A DNA stretch of 32,000 nt from Cylindrospermopsis raciborskii Cr2010 (lineage in GTDB: Bacteria > Cyanobacteriota > Cyanobacteriia > Cyanobacteriales > Nostocaceae): assembly GCF_003367075.2 (NCBI RefSeq), contig NZ_CP065936.1:960001-992000 (forward strand), written 5' to 3'. The notes beneath the pieces are model-generated. The model made no database searches. It was given only the letters and a program-made list of their open reading frames with translations, and was not told the DNA's origin. Every line of letters begins with the position of its first letter. Position 1 is the stretch's first letter. The position numbers were made by a program, and so were the translations under genes. Shown piece after piece: positions 10,930 through 18,879 of the stretch.

Positions 10930-11445
10930 TTATAGTTCACTTTGGTTTGGTAGATTTTGCGGAGTTCTTAACCTTCTATCGTCTAACCACTGCTGTAAAA
11001 TTATGGATGCTGCTTTGCGGTCCACTAAACCTTTATTATAGGATGGTGAGCGATTTTCCGCTAGGAGCATTTGCTCAGCTTGAAAAGAGGTTAATCGCTC
11101 ATCCACATGCTCCAGGGGTAACCCTAGAGCTTTAGCTAGTCTATTAGCAAACTTCTGTATTCGACGGGCTTGCTCTCCCATAGAACCATCCCCGGAGTAG
11201 GGTATACCAACAACTAAAATTTGCACTCGTCGCTTTTCTACCAGTCCCCGTATTTCCTGTAGATCTTCTACAAAGGACTTGCGTTGGATTGTAGTTATAC
11301 CTGTGGCAATTAGTCCGGTACCATCGCAACCAGCAACGCCCACACGTTTACTACCCACATCCAACCCCAGAGCGGATATGAAAGATTTTGACTGGAATTC
11401 AACCACTACTCTAATTATTCTCCTGTGGTGATTCTGATGGCTCAA
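10930..11445 (-). CDS. ruvX: Holliday junction resolvase-like RuvX / YqgF family
   Basis: ALGLDVGSKRVGVAGCDGTGLIA, VGIPYSGDGSMGEQARRIQKFA, PLEHVDERLTSFQAEQML, DRKAASIILQQWLD. The true start may be downstream of the one listed. Confidence 0.88.
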   Translation of the reverse strand: MSHQNHHRRIIRVVVEFQSKSFISALGLDVGSKRVGVAGCDGTGLIATGITTIQRKSFVEDLQEIRGLVEKRRVQILVVGIPYSGDGSMGEQARRIQKFANRLAKALGLPLEHVDERLTSFQAEQMLLAENRSPSYNKGLVDRKAASIILQQWLDDRRLRTPQNLPNQSEL

Positions 11446-12598
11446 TTGTAAGAGCGACCATTTCTGACTTACCCATGGTTACTTCAGGAACAGGTGGGGA
11501 TTTAGGAATCCAGGACATACCACCGGGAATAGGTTTACGTGCAGGTTGTAGTCCCTGAAGCACCTCCGTCCACTGAATACCTTCCAAGGAGACAAATTTA
11601 GACTCCCGGATTTTATGCCACACGGAGCGAGACATAATTAGGGTGTGTTCAATCCGCTGGGCACCAATATTCTCCAGGTATTGTTCCCTTTCGGGTTGAT
11701 AATCGGATGACGCTAATTTTAGATTCTGTTGGGGAAAATCTTGAGTAATACGAGCCAATTGAGATAACAATTCTGGATATAACCAGGTGTAAGCTGGATG
11801 AACTGTTAAGGTAGCTACATGAGGACTAGTTCCTTGTCTGTCTAATTGCAATTCAAAGTAACCAATTGCCGCCTTACGCTGAGGTTCAAATACATAGGCA
11901 CTCACTACCTCTGTCTCCTCTACCCATTGTTTAATAGCATTACCAATTATATCGAATAAACTAGTTTTAAAATCATGCGTGTGGCGATCAAATACCTGTC
12001 TTACCAAAGGCGGCATGGATGCCGTATCTAACTGGTACAATAGGGGCGCATCCGCATTACTAACCGGTAGGAGATTAGGTAAATCCGGCTCAGCCTGTGC
12101 TAATTCTTGTAATAGATCTGGTTTAATTTCCCAATAGGTGGTTTCCGCTAAACGCTGAAATCCATTTTGACGATAAAGTGCCAAAGCACTGACATCATTA
12201 ATGTTTACTTCTAATATCCACGTACGAGCTTCTAAAATTGATTCAAAGCAGTGGCGTAGTAGTTGGGAGCCTATGCCCAATTTATCAGCGCAGGTATCTA
12301 ACATGACTTGGTCAACACGCCAAGTGCTGCGGGTGCGATTGAAAGGGGAAACTTGAATTGCGCCTAGCAACTTACGACCGCGCTCCGCTACAAATTGACG
12401 GAAACGATGTTGCCATGGGTTGGGGAAGCAGTTTAAAAATTTCAGCACTCCAAACCAGTGACCTAGCCACTGCATGCCAAAAATACCATACTTGGTAGGG
12501 ACTTCTCTAGGACGTCTCAACTGTTCAAGAGCGTCTAGATCCCTATATTGTACGGGACGAATTATCAGTTCCAGATTTGGAGGAAGTAGTGAGTTCAT
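11411..12598 (-). CDS. GNAT family N-acetyltransferase
   Basis: Acetyltransferase-like N-terminal region (RSTWRVDQVMLDTCADKLGIGSQLLRHCFESI...VNDVSALALYRQNGFQRLAETTYWE). Confidence 0.8.
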   Translation of the reverse strand: MNSLLPPNLELIIRPVQYRDLDALEQLRRPREVPTKYGIFGMQWLGHWFGVLKFLNCFPNPWQHRFRQFVAERGRKLLGAIQVSPFNRTRSTWRVDQVMLDTCADKLGIGSQLLRHCFESILEARTWILEVNINDVSALALYRQNGFQRLAETTYWEIKPDLLQELAQAEPDLPNLLPVSNADAPLLYQLDTASMPPLVRQVFDRHTHDFKTSLFDIIGNAIKQWVEETEVVSAYVFEPQRKAAIGYFELQLDRQGTSPHVATLTVHPAYTWLYPELLSQLARITQDFPQQNLKLASSDYQPEREQYLENIGAQRIEHTLIMSRSVWHKIRESKFVSLEGIQWTEVLQGLQPARKPIPGGMSWIPKSPPVPEVTMGKSEMVALTIEPSESPQENN

Positions 12599-12762
12599 TT
12601 CGATTTAAAAGGATTATATCCAGATCTAAGAAGCTGGTTTCACGCTACCAATATGAAAAACATTGCCGAACGCTCACCAACTATAGCACTTTTTTGTGGA
12701 ATTTTTGTTCGTTTTTTATGCCAAACCAGAGATTTGGGCAACTTTCTCCTAAAAATGGTTGG

Positions 12763-12975
12763 CTAAAATGCTTGACGAGAGGCCATTTTTTCAAAGCAGG
12801 CTTGGGTTTGATGAAGTAATTGCTGGCGGCTATCTTGCTGAATTTGTTTTAGAGTAGGAACCAAATTGCGAGCTTGTAGGGTCATGTGTAGCTGTAAATG
12901 GGCTACGTATTCACTAATGTCCTGGCTTTCATTTTCCACAGCAGTTCTTGTTAATACTTTTGATTCCATGACCAC
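12763..12975 (-). CDS. Small hypothetical protein (70 aa)
   Basis: Open frame MVMESKVLTRTAVENESQDISEYVAHLQLHMTLQARNLVPTLKQ... in an otherwise empty gap, codirectional with its neighbours. Confidence 0.5.
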   Translation of the reverse strand: MVMESKVLTRTAVENESQDISEYVAHLQLHMTLQARNLVPTLKQIQQDSRQQLLHQTQACFEKMASRQAF

Positions 12976-13076
12976 TTTTTTCTCCTTGGGCGCTAAATTT
13001 TAATACATAATCAAAACCTATCACATTGTTTTACTTAGCTTATTGATTTGCAATCAACCTTAACATTTGAGGTTAT

Positions 13077-13958
13077 CTAGGTAGATCCCAGAATCATCCC
13101 TAAGAGGATCAAGAAACCTATGCCCACATTTTGACTGAACATTTTTCCATATTCCCGGTTAGGTAGCTTAGGATCCCTTAATCGTAGCACTTGCCAAAAC
13201 CAACCAAGACTAGCAATCAATAAGCTGATCCAAAAAAATATATTTAATTTTAAAGAAATAGCCTCCGCCATTAACAGTATAATAGTACCGAGGAAAAAAA
13301 TACCCACAGCGTTAGGAGTCTGATCACCAAAAAATAGGGCGCTAGATTTAACGCCAATGCGCTCATCGTCCAGGCGATCGCTCATGGCATAGATGGTATC
13401 AAATCCCAAAGTCCAAAGGACTGTGGCCCCCCACAAAAACCAGGTGGGTAGAGAAATATTGCCTGTGACTGCACTCCAACTAATCAAAACGGCAAAACCC
13501 CAGGCCAAAGAAAGAATTAGTTGGGGTATGGGAAATACTCGTTTAGCGCCGGGATATAGTAATATTACTGGTAAAGCGCTCACGGATAACCAAAAGCTCA
13601 AGGGATTAAGATAGAAGGCGAGAATAGCTGCACAAACCAGGGCAACAATTCCCACCACTACACCAACTTTCACCGAAAGAGCTCGGGAAGCTAAAGGGCG
13701 ATCGCGCGTTCTGTTAACCTGGGTATCAATGTCCCTATCCCATAAATCATTGACCACACAACCAGCAGCACTGGTAGCTAAACTACCTAATATAATTACT
13801 ATTACTAGGATTGTGGGTGGTTTGCCATCAGCTGCCAAAAACAGGGCCCATAAAGCGGGAATCATCAAAATTAGCCTACCCCCTGGTTTATGCCACCGTA
13901 AGAGGCGCATAATGATAAACCATAATGGTTTTTGATTGCCTTCTGGTGTGGTTTGCAT
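13077..13958 (-). CDS. 4-hydroxybenzoate polyprenyl (solanesyl) transferase, plastoquinone-type UbiA family
   Basis: GCVVNDLWDRDIDTQVNRTRDRPLASR (NDxxDxxxD) and DTIYAMSDRLDDERIGVKSSA motifs, multiple TM segments. Confidence 0.92.
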   Translation of the reverse strand: MQTTPEGNQKPLWFIIMRLLRWHKPGGRLILMIPALWALFLAADGKPPTILVIVIILGSLATSAAGCVVNDLWDRDIDTQVNRTRDRPLASRALSVKVGVVVGIVALVCAAILAFYLNPLSFWLSVSALPVILLYPGAKRVFPIPQLILSLAWGFAVLISWSAVTGNISLPTWFLWGATVLWTLGFDTIYAMSDRLDDERIGVKSSALFFGDQTPNAVGIFFLGTIILLMAEAISLKLNIFFWISLLIASLGWFWQVLRLRDPKLPNREYGKMFSQNVGIGFLILLGMILGST

Positions 13959-14073
13959 GTTTACTAGATTTGCACTTTGAGTCTACATCTATAGAATATC
14001 CTTTTTGGAAGACTTGGCGGATCCGGAAACCTAGCTTTTTTGTCCATCTAAATTAAGAGAGAACACACTCATA

Positions 14074-15714
14074 ATGGTGAATATAGTTCCTGCTAACTGG
14101 AATGTTGTACCAGTTCCATCGGTGAAGCCAAATCCAATTATTGCCTCTATTGATATTGGCACTAATTCTTTGCATATAGTCGTAGTACGTATTGAACCAA
14201 CCTTACCAACTTTTACAGTAATTGCTAAGGAAAAGGAAACTGTCAGACTGGGCGATCGCAATTTAGAAACTGGGGATTTAAAACCGGAAGTTATGAAAAA
14301 GGCGATCGCCTGTTTAGGTCGTTTTCAAGAACTGGCGAAGAGTTTTGAAACTGATAGTATTATTGCTGTAGCTACCAGTGCAGTTAGAGAAGCACCCAAC
14401 GGTAGAATTTTTTTACATCAAATAGAGACTGAGTTAGGTTTAGATGTAGACTTAATTTCTGGACAGGAGGAAGCGCGACGGATTTACTTAGGTGTGTTGT
14501 CGGGGATGGAGTTTAATCAACAACCACATATTATCATTGATATTGGAGGAGGTTCTACGGAATTAATTTTAGGTGATTCTCAAGAACCTCGCAGTTTAAC
14601 CAGTACCAAAATCGGCGCAGTGCGACTAACTGGGGAATTAATTACAACCGATCCTATTGTTAATACAGAATTTCAATACTTACAGGCTTATGCTAAAGGA
14701 ATGTTAGAGCGTTCTGTAGAAGATATACTTTCTAAACTGCAACCAGGTGAGATTCCTAAGCTGGTGGGAACTTCCGGGACGATTGAAACCATAGCCACCA
14801 TTCATGCTAAGGAGAAAATGGGAATTGTACCTTCTACTCTTAACGGTTATTGTTTTAGTCTCCACGATTTACAAACCTGGGTAACCCGTTTAAAAAGAAT
14901 GAGCAATGTAGAGCGATCGGCAATTTCGGGAATGCCCGATAGAAGGTCAGAAGTAATACTGGCTGGAGCAGTAATATTACAGGAAGCAATGACATTGTTG
15001 GGATTAGAAACCATCACAGTTTGTGAACGTTCCTTGAGAGAAGGTGTAATAGTTGACTGGATGCTCACCCATGGATTTATTGCGGATCGACTACAATATC
15101 AAAGTTCTATTCGGGAGAGAAATGTTTTAAAGCTGGCTCAAAAGTACCATATTAACTTAGAGTGTAGTCAACGGGTAGCGGAATTCGCTTTGACTTTATT
15201 TAGTCAAACTCAAGGCAAATTACACAATTGGGGTGAAGATACCAGAGAATTATTATGGGCTGGGGCGGTTTTACATAATTGTGGTCACCATATTAGCCAT
15301 TCAGCACATCATAAACATTCCTATTATTTAATTAGGAATGGGGAGTTATTAGGTTACAATGAGACAGAAATAGAAATTATTGCCAACTTGGCCCGTTATC
15401 ATCGCAAATCACCACCCAAGAAAAAGCATGAAAACTTCCAAAATCTAACCCATAAAGGACATCGACAAATGGTATCCCAACTGAGTGCCATTTTGCGGGT
15501 AGCTGTGGCTTTAGACAGGAGACAAATTGGAGCAGTTCGTGGGATTAAGTGTGAATATTTGCCTACCATTAGGCAATTAGAGATGGTTGTTTCTCCCAGT
15601 AGGTATGATGATGATTGTGATCTAGAAATGTGGAGTTTAGACTTGAAAAAGCAAGTGTTTGAGCAAGAATTTGGGGTTAAGCTAGTGGCCCATTTAGCTC
15701 GATTTAATAGGTAG
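14074..15714 (+). CDS. Ppx/GppA family phosphatase (exopolyphosphatase/pppGpp phosphatase-like)
   Basis: IASIDIGTNSLHIVVVRIE, VATSAVREAPNG, IIDIGGGSTELILG, plus C-terminal HD-like region (GAVLHNCGHHISHSAHHKHSYYLI). Confidence 0.93.
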   Translation: MVNIVPANWNVVPVPSVKPNPIIASIDIGTNSLHIVVVRIEPTLPTFTVIAKEKETVRLGDRNLETGDLKPEVMKKAIACLGRFQELAKSFETDSIIAVATSAVREAPNGRIFLHQIETELGLDVDLISGQEEARRIYLGVLSGMEFNQQPHIIIDIGGGSTELILGDSQEPRSLTSTKIGAVRLTGELITTDPIVNTEFQYLQAYAKGMLERSVEDILSKLQPGEIPKLVGTSGTIETIATIHAKEKMGIVPSTLNGYCFSLHDLQTWVTRLKRMSNVERSAISGMPDRRSEVILAGAVILQEAMTLLGLETITVCERSLREGVIVDWMLTHGFIADRLQYQSSIRERNVLKLAQKYHINLECSQRVAEFALTLFSQTQGKLHNWGEDTRELLWAGAVLHNCGHHISHSAHHKHSYYLIRNGELLGYNETEIEIIANLARYHRKSPPKKKHENFQNLTHKGHRQMVSQLSAILRVAVALDRRQIGAVRGIKCEYLPTIRQLEMVVSPSRYDDDCDLEMWSLDLKKQVFEQEFGVKLVAHLARFNR

Positions 15715-16537
15715 GCAAGCATCCGGTGATATAGAATGCCAGACAATTGTACAATTAACGGATTATCAAAGTCCTTATAAAGAAAAATGTCCCCAGGAAG
15801 CTGATGCTATTGCTAAAAAAATTCTTGAACGATATAATGATATCGGTAAGTCTAAACTAGCAGAGTATGTGATTCACAAAAAAGTTATATTGGATATTTT
15901 TGAAAAGAATTTAAAAAAAGACGATGATGGCAAATATAAATTAGAAAAAGACATCCACGAAATTGTTTTTCCCCTCAGAAGTACATCCGAAGATGTCGCA
16001 TTTGAAAGACAAAACCTATGGATTATTGACGAAAAATTAACCTATCATCAATACCTGGCTTCTGATCAACCTCTGGATACCCTTGAGGATTTAGAAATTG
16101 ATAGCACCGAAAGACCTGATTTGCTAATTTTTAATAACCCAATAGCTTTTGTTGAAGGAGAAGAACAACCTTATTCATCAGTTGTCATAGTTGAATTTAA
16201 ACGCCCTATGCGCGGGAGGTATAAAGATAATGAAAACCCAATTACTCAAGTCTACGACTATATTAGAAAAATTAAGTCGGGTAGTTTTGTTGACAGAGAA
16301 GGTAGATTGGTTAATTTACCTGAGCACATTCCTTTTTATGCCTATATTATTTGTGATTTAACTCCAAAAATTAAAGGCTTTGCAGAAGATGCTACCTATT
16401 ATCCAACACCAGATTTACAAGGTTACTTTGGTTATAATCCCAGGCTTAATACTTATGTCGAAATTCTGTCTTTTACTAAACTCATTAACGATGCCAAAAG
16501 GCGAAATAATGTCTTGTTTAAAAAACTGAATTTATGA
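15698..16537 (+). pseudogene. Probable 5'-truncated remnant of a larger protein; C-terminal region of unknown ATPase/nuclease-associated type
   Basis: Called from GTG 15869, but the frame is open back to TAG 15695-15697 and reads QTIVQLTDYQSPYKEKCPQEADAIAKKILERYNDIGKSKLAEYVIHKKVILDIFEK..., which looks protein-like. Contains RPDLLIFNNPIAFV...SSVVIVEFKRPMRGRY, resembling a PD-(D/E)XK-like core. Confidence 0.5.
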
Positions 16538-16571
16538 TTATTTAATGTTAAATATCTTTGGGAGTTGAAAG

Positions 16572-16595
16572 ATCGGAAGGTCGTCGGTTTAATTT
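16572..16595 (+). other. tRNA-Thr-like fragment (anticodon-stem/T-arm segment)
   Basis: ATCGGAAGGTCGTCGGTTTAATTT versus ATCGGAAGGTCGTCAGTTCAATCC in the nearby tRNA: 14 identical nt, then 6 of the next 10. Confidence 0.5.
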
Positions 16596-16637
16596 GCGCG
16601 GAGGTTATAATGGTAAACAAATTATTGACCGCGAAAA

Positions 16638-16717
16638 ACAATAATTTGTCAACGGGGACAATAATTTGGCAATACGGACATTAATTTGTCAACGCGGTCA
16701 AATAATTTGGCAAGCGA
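16638..16717. repeat. Short tandem repeat, ~20-bp period, about 4 units
   Basis: ACAATAATTTGTCAACGGGG / ACAATAATTTGGCAATACGG / ACATTAATTTGTCAACGCGG / TCAAATAATTTGGCAAGCGA; weaker related unit just upstream (ACAAATTATTGACCGCGA). Confidence 0.75.
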
Positions 16718-16727
16718 CAGCACAAAA

Positions 16728-16799
16728 AGCCAGCAGTCAGGATTGAACTGACGACCTTCCGATTACAAGTCGGATGCACTACCGCTGTGCTATGCTGGC
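16728..16799 (-). tRNA. tRNA-Thr (anticodon UGU)
   Basis: Reverse complement GCCAGCATAGCACAGCGGTAGTGCATCCGACTTGTAATCGGAAGGTCGTCAGTTCAATCCTGACTGCTGGCT folds as a cloverleaf: acceptor GCCAGCA/TGCTGGC, D-stem GCAC/GTGC, anticodon loop CTTGTAA, T-stem GTCAG/CTGAC. No encoded CCA. Confidence 0.95.
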
Positions 16800-17050
16800 A
16801 AAGGGCTAGGATGTAATTAATGCCCACTGATACCTAATCATAGCACAGAACCAAAATTTGTCCAGTGGTTTTTTCTAAAAATCTGGCAAAAAAGTCCCAA
16901 AAATTTTTCCCCCAGTGCTATAGTATAAATGTGGCATACAAAATCCTGTAATTTCAGGTAACAATAGTTAGTAGAGTTTCAACTTGAAAACCTAGTACTG
17001 TTGAAATATCTGAAAAACTTAAAAAACACTTAATAATACAAATCATCAGC

Positions 17051-17971
17051 ATGGTAGCATTGACTGGAAGAGACTTACTAGGTTTAGGAGACCTAAGTTC
17101 TACAGAACTACTAGAACTCCTTTCCATGGCAACATTACTCAAATCACAAAAACTAACACTACATTCCAACAAGGTTTTGGGTTTGTTATTCTCCAAGGCC
17201 TCCACTCGCACTAGAGTAAGTTTTACAGTGGCTATGTACCAATTAGGAGGTCAGGTAATTGACCTGCATCCAAATGTCACCCAGGTGAGTCGAGGTGAAC
17301 CTGTGCAAGATACCGCTAGGGTATTAGACCGTTATTTAGATGTCTTAGCAATTAGAACCTTTGCCCAACAAGAATTGGTCACCTTTGCTCACTACGCTAA
17401 AATACCAGTAATTAATGCTCTAACAGATCTAGAACACCCCTGTCAGATCTTAGCAGATTTATTGACTATTCGAGAAGTATTCAGTGATTTAATAGGATTA
17501 ACCCTTACCTATGTAGGGGATGGTAATAACGTAGCTAATTCCCTAATGTTGGGTTGTGCCTTAGCTGGCATGAATGTAAGGATAGCTTTCCCACAAGGAT
17601 ACGCCCCCAATCAAGATATTGTAGAAAAAGCCCGGGCTATTGCTGGTGATAAAACTGAAGTAATGCTTACCCATGATCCAGTCATAGGAGCTAAAAATGC
17701 CCACATCCTTTACACTGATGTTTGGGCAAGTATGGGTCAGGAATCAGAAGCTGATAATCGTCTACCAATCTTCCAACCCTATCAAATTTCCCAGGATTTA
17801 CTCAGTCTAGCAGATCCCCAAGCCATAGTTTTACACTGTCTACCCGCCCACCGTGGGGAAGAAATTACCGATGAGGTAATAGAGGGTTCCCAATCAAAAG
17901 TTTGGGATCAGGCTGAAAATAGATTGCATGCTCAAAAAGCTTTACTGGCTAGTATTTTGGGCGCTAACTGA
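17051..17971 (+). CDS. argF: Ornithine carbamoyltransferase
   Basis: SKASTRTRVSF, DLEHPCQILADLLTI, HCLPAHRGEEI motifs. Confidence 0.95.
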   Translation: MVALTGRDLLGLGDLSSTELLELLSMATLLKSQKLTLHSNKVLGLLFSKASTRTRVSFTVAMYQLGGQVIDLHPNVTQVSRGEPVQDTARVLDRYLDVLAIRTFAQQELVTFAHYAKIPVINALTDLEHPCQILADLLTIREVFSDLIGLTLTYVGDGNNVANSLMLGCALAGMNVRIAFPQGYAPNQDIVEKARAIAGDKTEVMLTHDPVIGAKNAHILYTDVWASMGQESEADNRLPIFQPYQISQDLLSLADPQAIVLHCLPAHRGEEITDEVIEGSQSKVWDQAENRLHAQKALLASILGAN

Positions 17972-18161
17972 ATTTTTTTCGCTCAACTTTCGGCTCTAAG
18001 AACCGTAAAATCCAAATTCTCATGGGCCCAAGTTGATTGACAACAGAGTTTTTTTAAATTACAATGGATAAATGGGTTTCCCTGTATCCAATCCTACCGC
18101 CAGAATATTAATTTATTGTTAAGAAATACCCAATAGAGTCTTGTTAAGGGAAACTTTTTGT

Positions 18162-18175
18162 AGTACAAATGTTCT
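18162..18175. promoter_or_regulatory. Candidate LexA (SOS) box
   Basis: AGTACAAATGTTCT matches the published Anabaena-type consensus RGTACNNNDGTWCB; 31 nt separate it from the likely lexA ATG. Confidence 0.75.
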
Positions 18176-18206
18176 AAGGACATTTGTTGTTGCTTTCCCC
18201 AAAAAT

Positions 18207-18839
18207 ATGGAAAAACTGACGGAAGCCCAAAACGAACTATACGAATGGTTGGTAGAATATATTCGGGTTAATCAACATTCACCGTCTATTCGTCAAATGA
18301 TGCAGGGAGTAAATTTGAAGTCTCCTGCACCGGTTCAAAGCAGGTTGGAACACTTGCGGAACAAGGGATACATTGGCTGGGATGAGGGTAAGGCACGAAC
18401 CATTAGAATATTGCATTCTAGTAAGTACGGCGTGCCCATTTTAGGAACCATTGCAGCAGGGGGCTTGATTGAACCTTTTGCTGATGCGGTAGAGTGTGAG
18501 TACTTAGATTTAGCCAATCTGCCTATTCCTCCTCAAAGTTATGCTTTGCGGGTAGCTGGTGATAGTATGATTGAGGATTTAATTGCTGATGGTGATGTGG
18601 TATTCCTGCGTCCTGTGGCTGAACCCAATCTGATGAAAAATGGCACCATTGTTGCTGCTAGGGTGGAGGGATATGGTACAACCTTAAAACGGTTTTATCT
18701 TGAGGGAGATATGGTCACTCTTAAACCAGCTAATTCCAACTATCAACCTATTCAAGTCCCCGCTATTCATGTGGAAATACAAGGTTCTTTAGTCGGTGTC
18801 TGGCGAAACTACAATTATGGCTTTAGCCAAAATGCTTAG
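18207..18839 (+). CDS. lexA: Transcriptional repressor LexA
   Basis: MEKLTEAQNELYEWLVEYI...SPSIRQMMQG; Ala-Gly cleavage site (GTIAAGGLI), catalytic Ser (ALRVAGDSMIED) and Lys (TTLKRFY). The track's start at 18141 is a TTG with an unsupported extension. Confidence 0.95.
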   Translation: MEKLTEAQNELYEWLVEYIRVNQHSPSIRQMMQGVNLKSPAPVQSRLEHLRNKGYIGWDEGKARTIRILHSSKYGVPILGTIAAGGLIEPFADAVECEYLDLANLPIPPQSYALRVAGDSMIEDLIADGDVVFLRPVAEPNLMKNGTIVAARVEGYGTTLKRFYLEGDMVTLKPANSNYQPIQVPAIHVEIQGSLVGVWRNYNYGFSQNA

Positions 18840-18879
18840 GAGCTGCTACGGGTCTAGTCCTAATTAGTTTGAATAAAAA

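Noticed and set aside
10866-11135. 89-aa plus-strand ORF
   Set aside because: It lies antisense to much of ruvX, whose translation has clear family motifs. The antisense product has no recognisable features.
15399-15746. 115-aa minus-strand ORF
   Set aside because: Antisense to the well-supported ppx/GppA gene; Cys-rich, low-plausibility translation.
16638-16717. Possible mini-CRISPR
   Set aside because: Units of ~20 nt are directly contiguous with no spacers, imperfect, and no cas genes are nearby.
18141-18206. N-terminal extension of LexA (MLRETFCSTNVLRTFVVAFPKN)
   Set aside because: It begins at TTG, overlaps the predicted LexA box, and the conserved LexA N terminus starts at MEKLTEAQ (18207).
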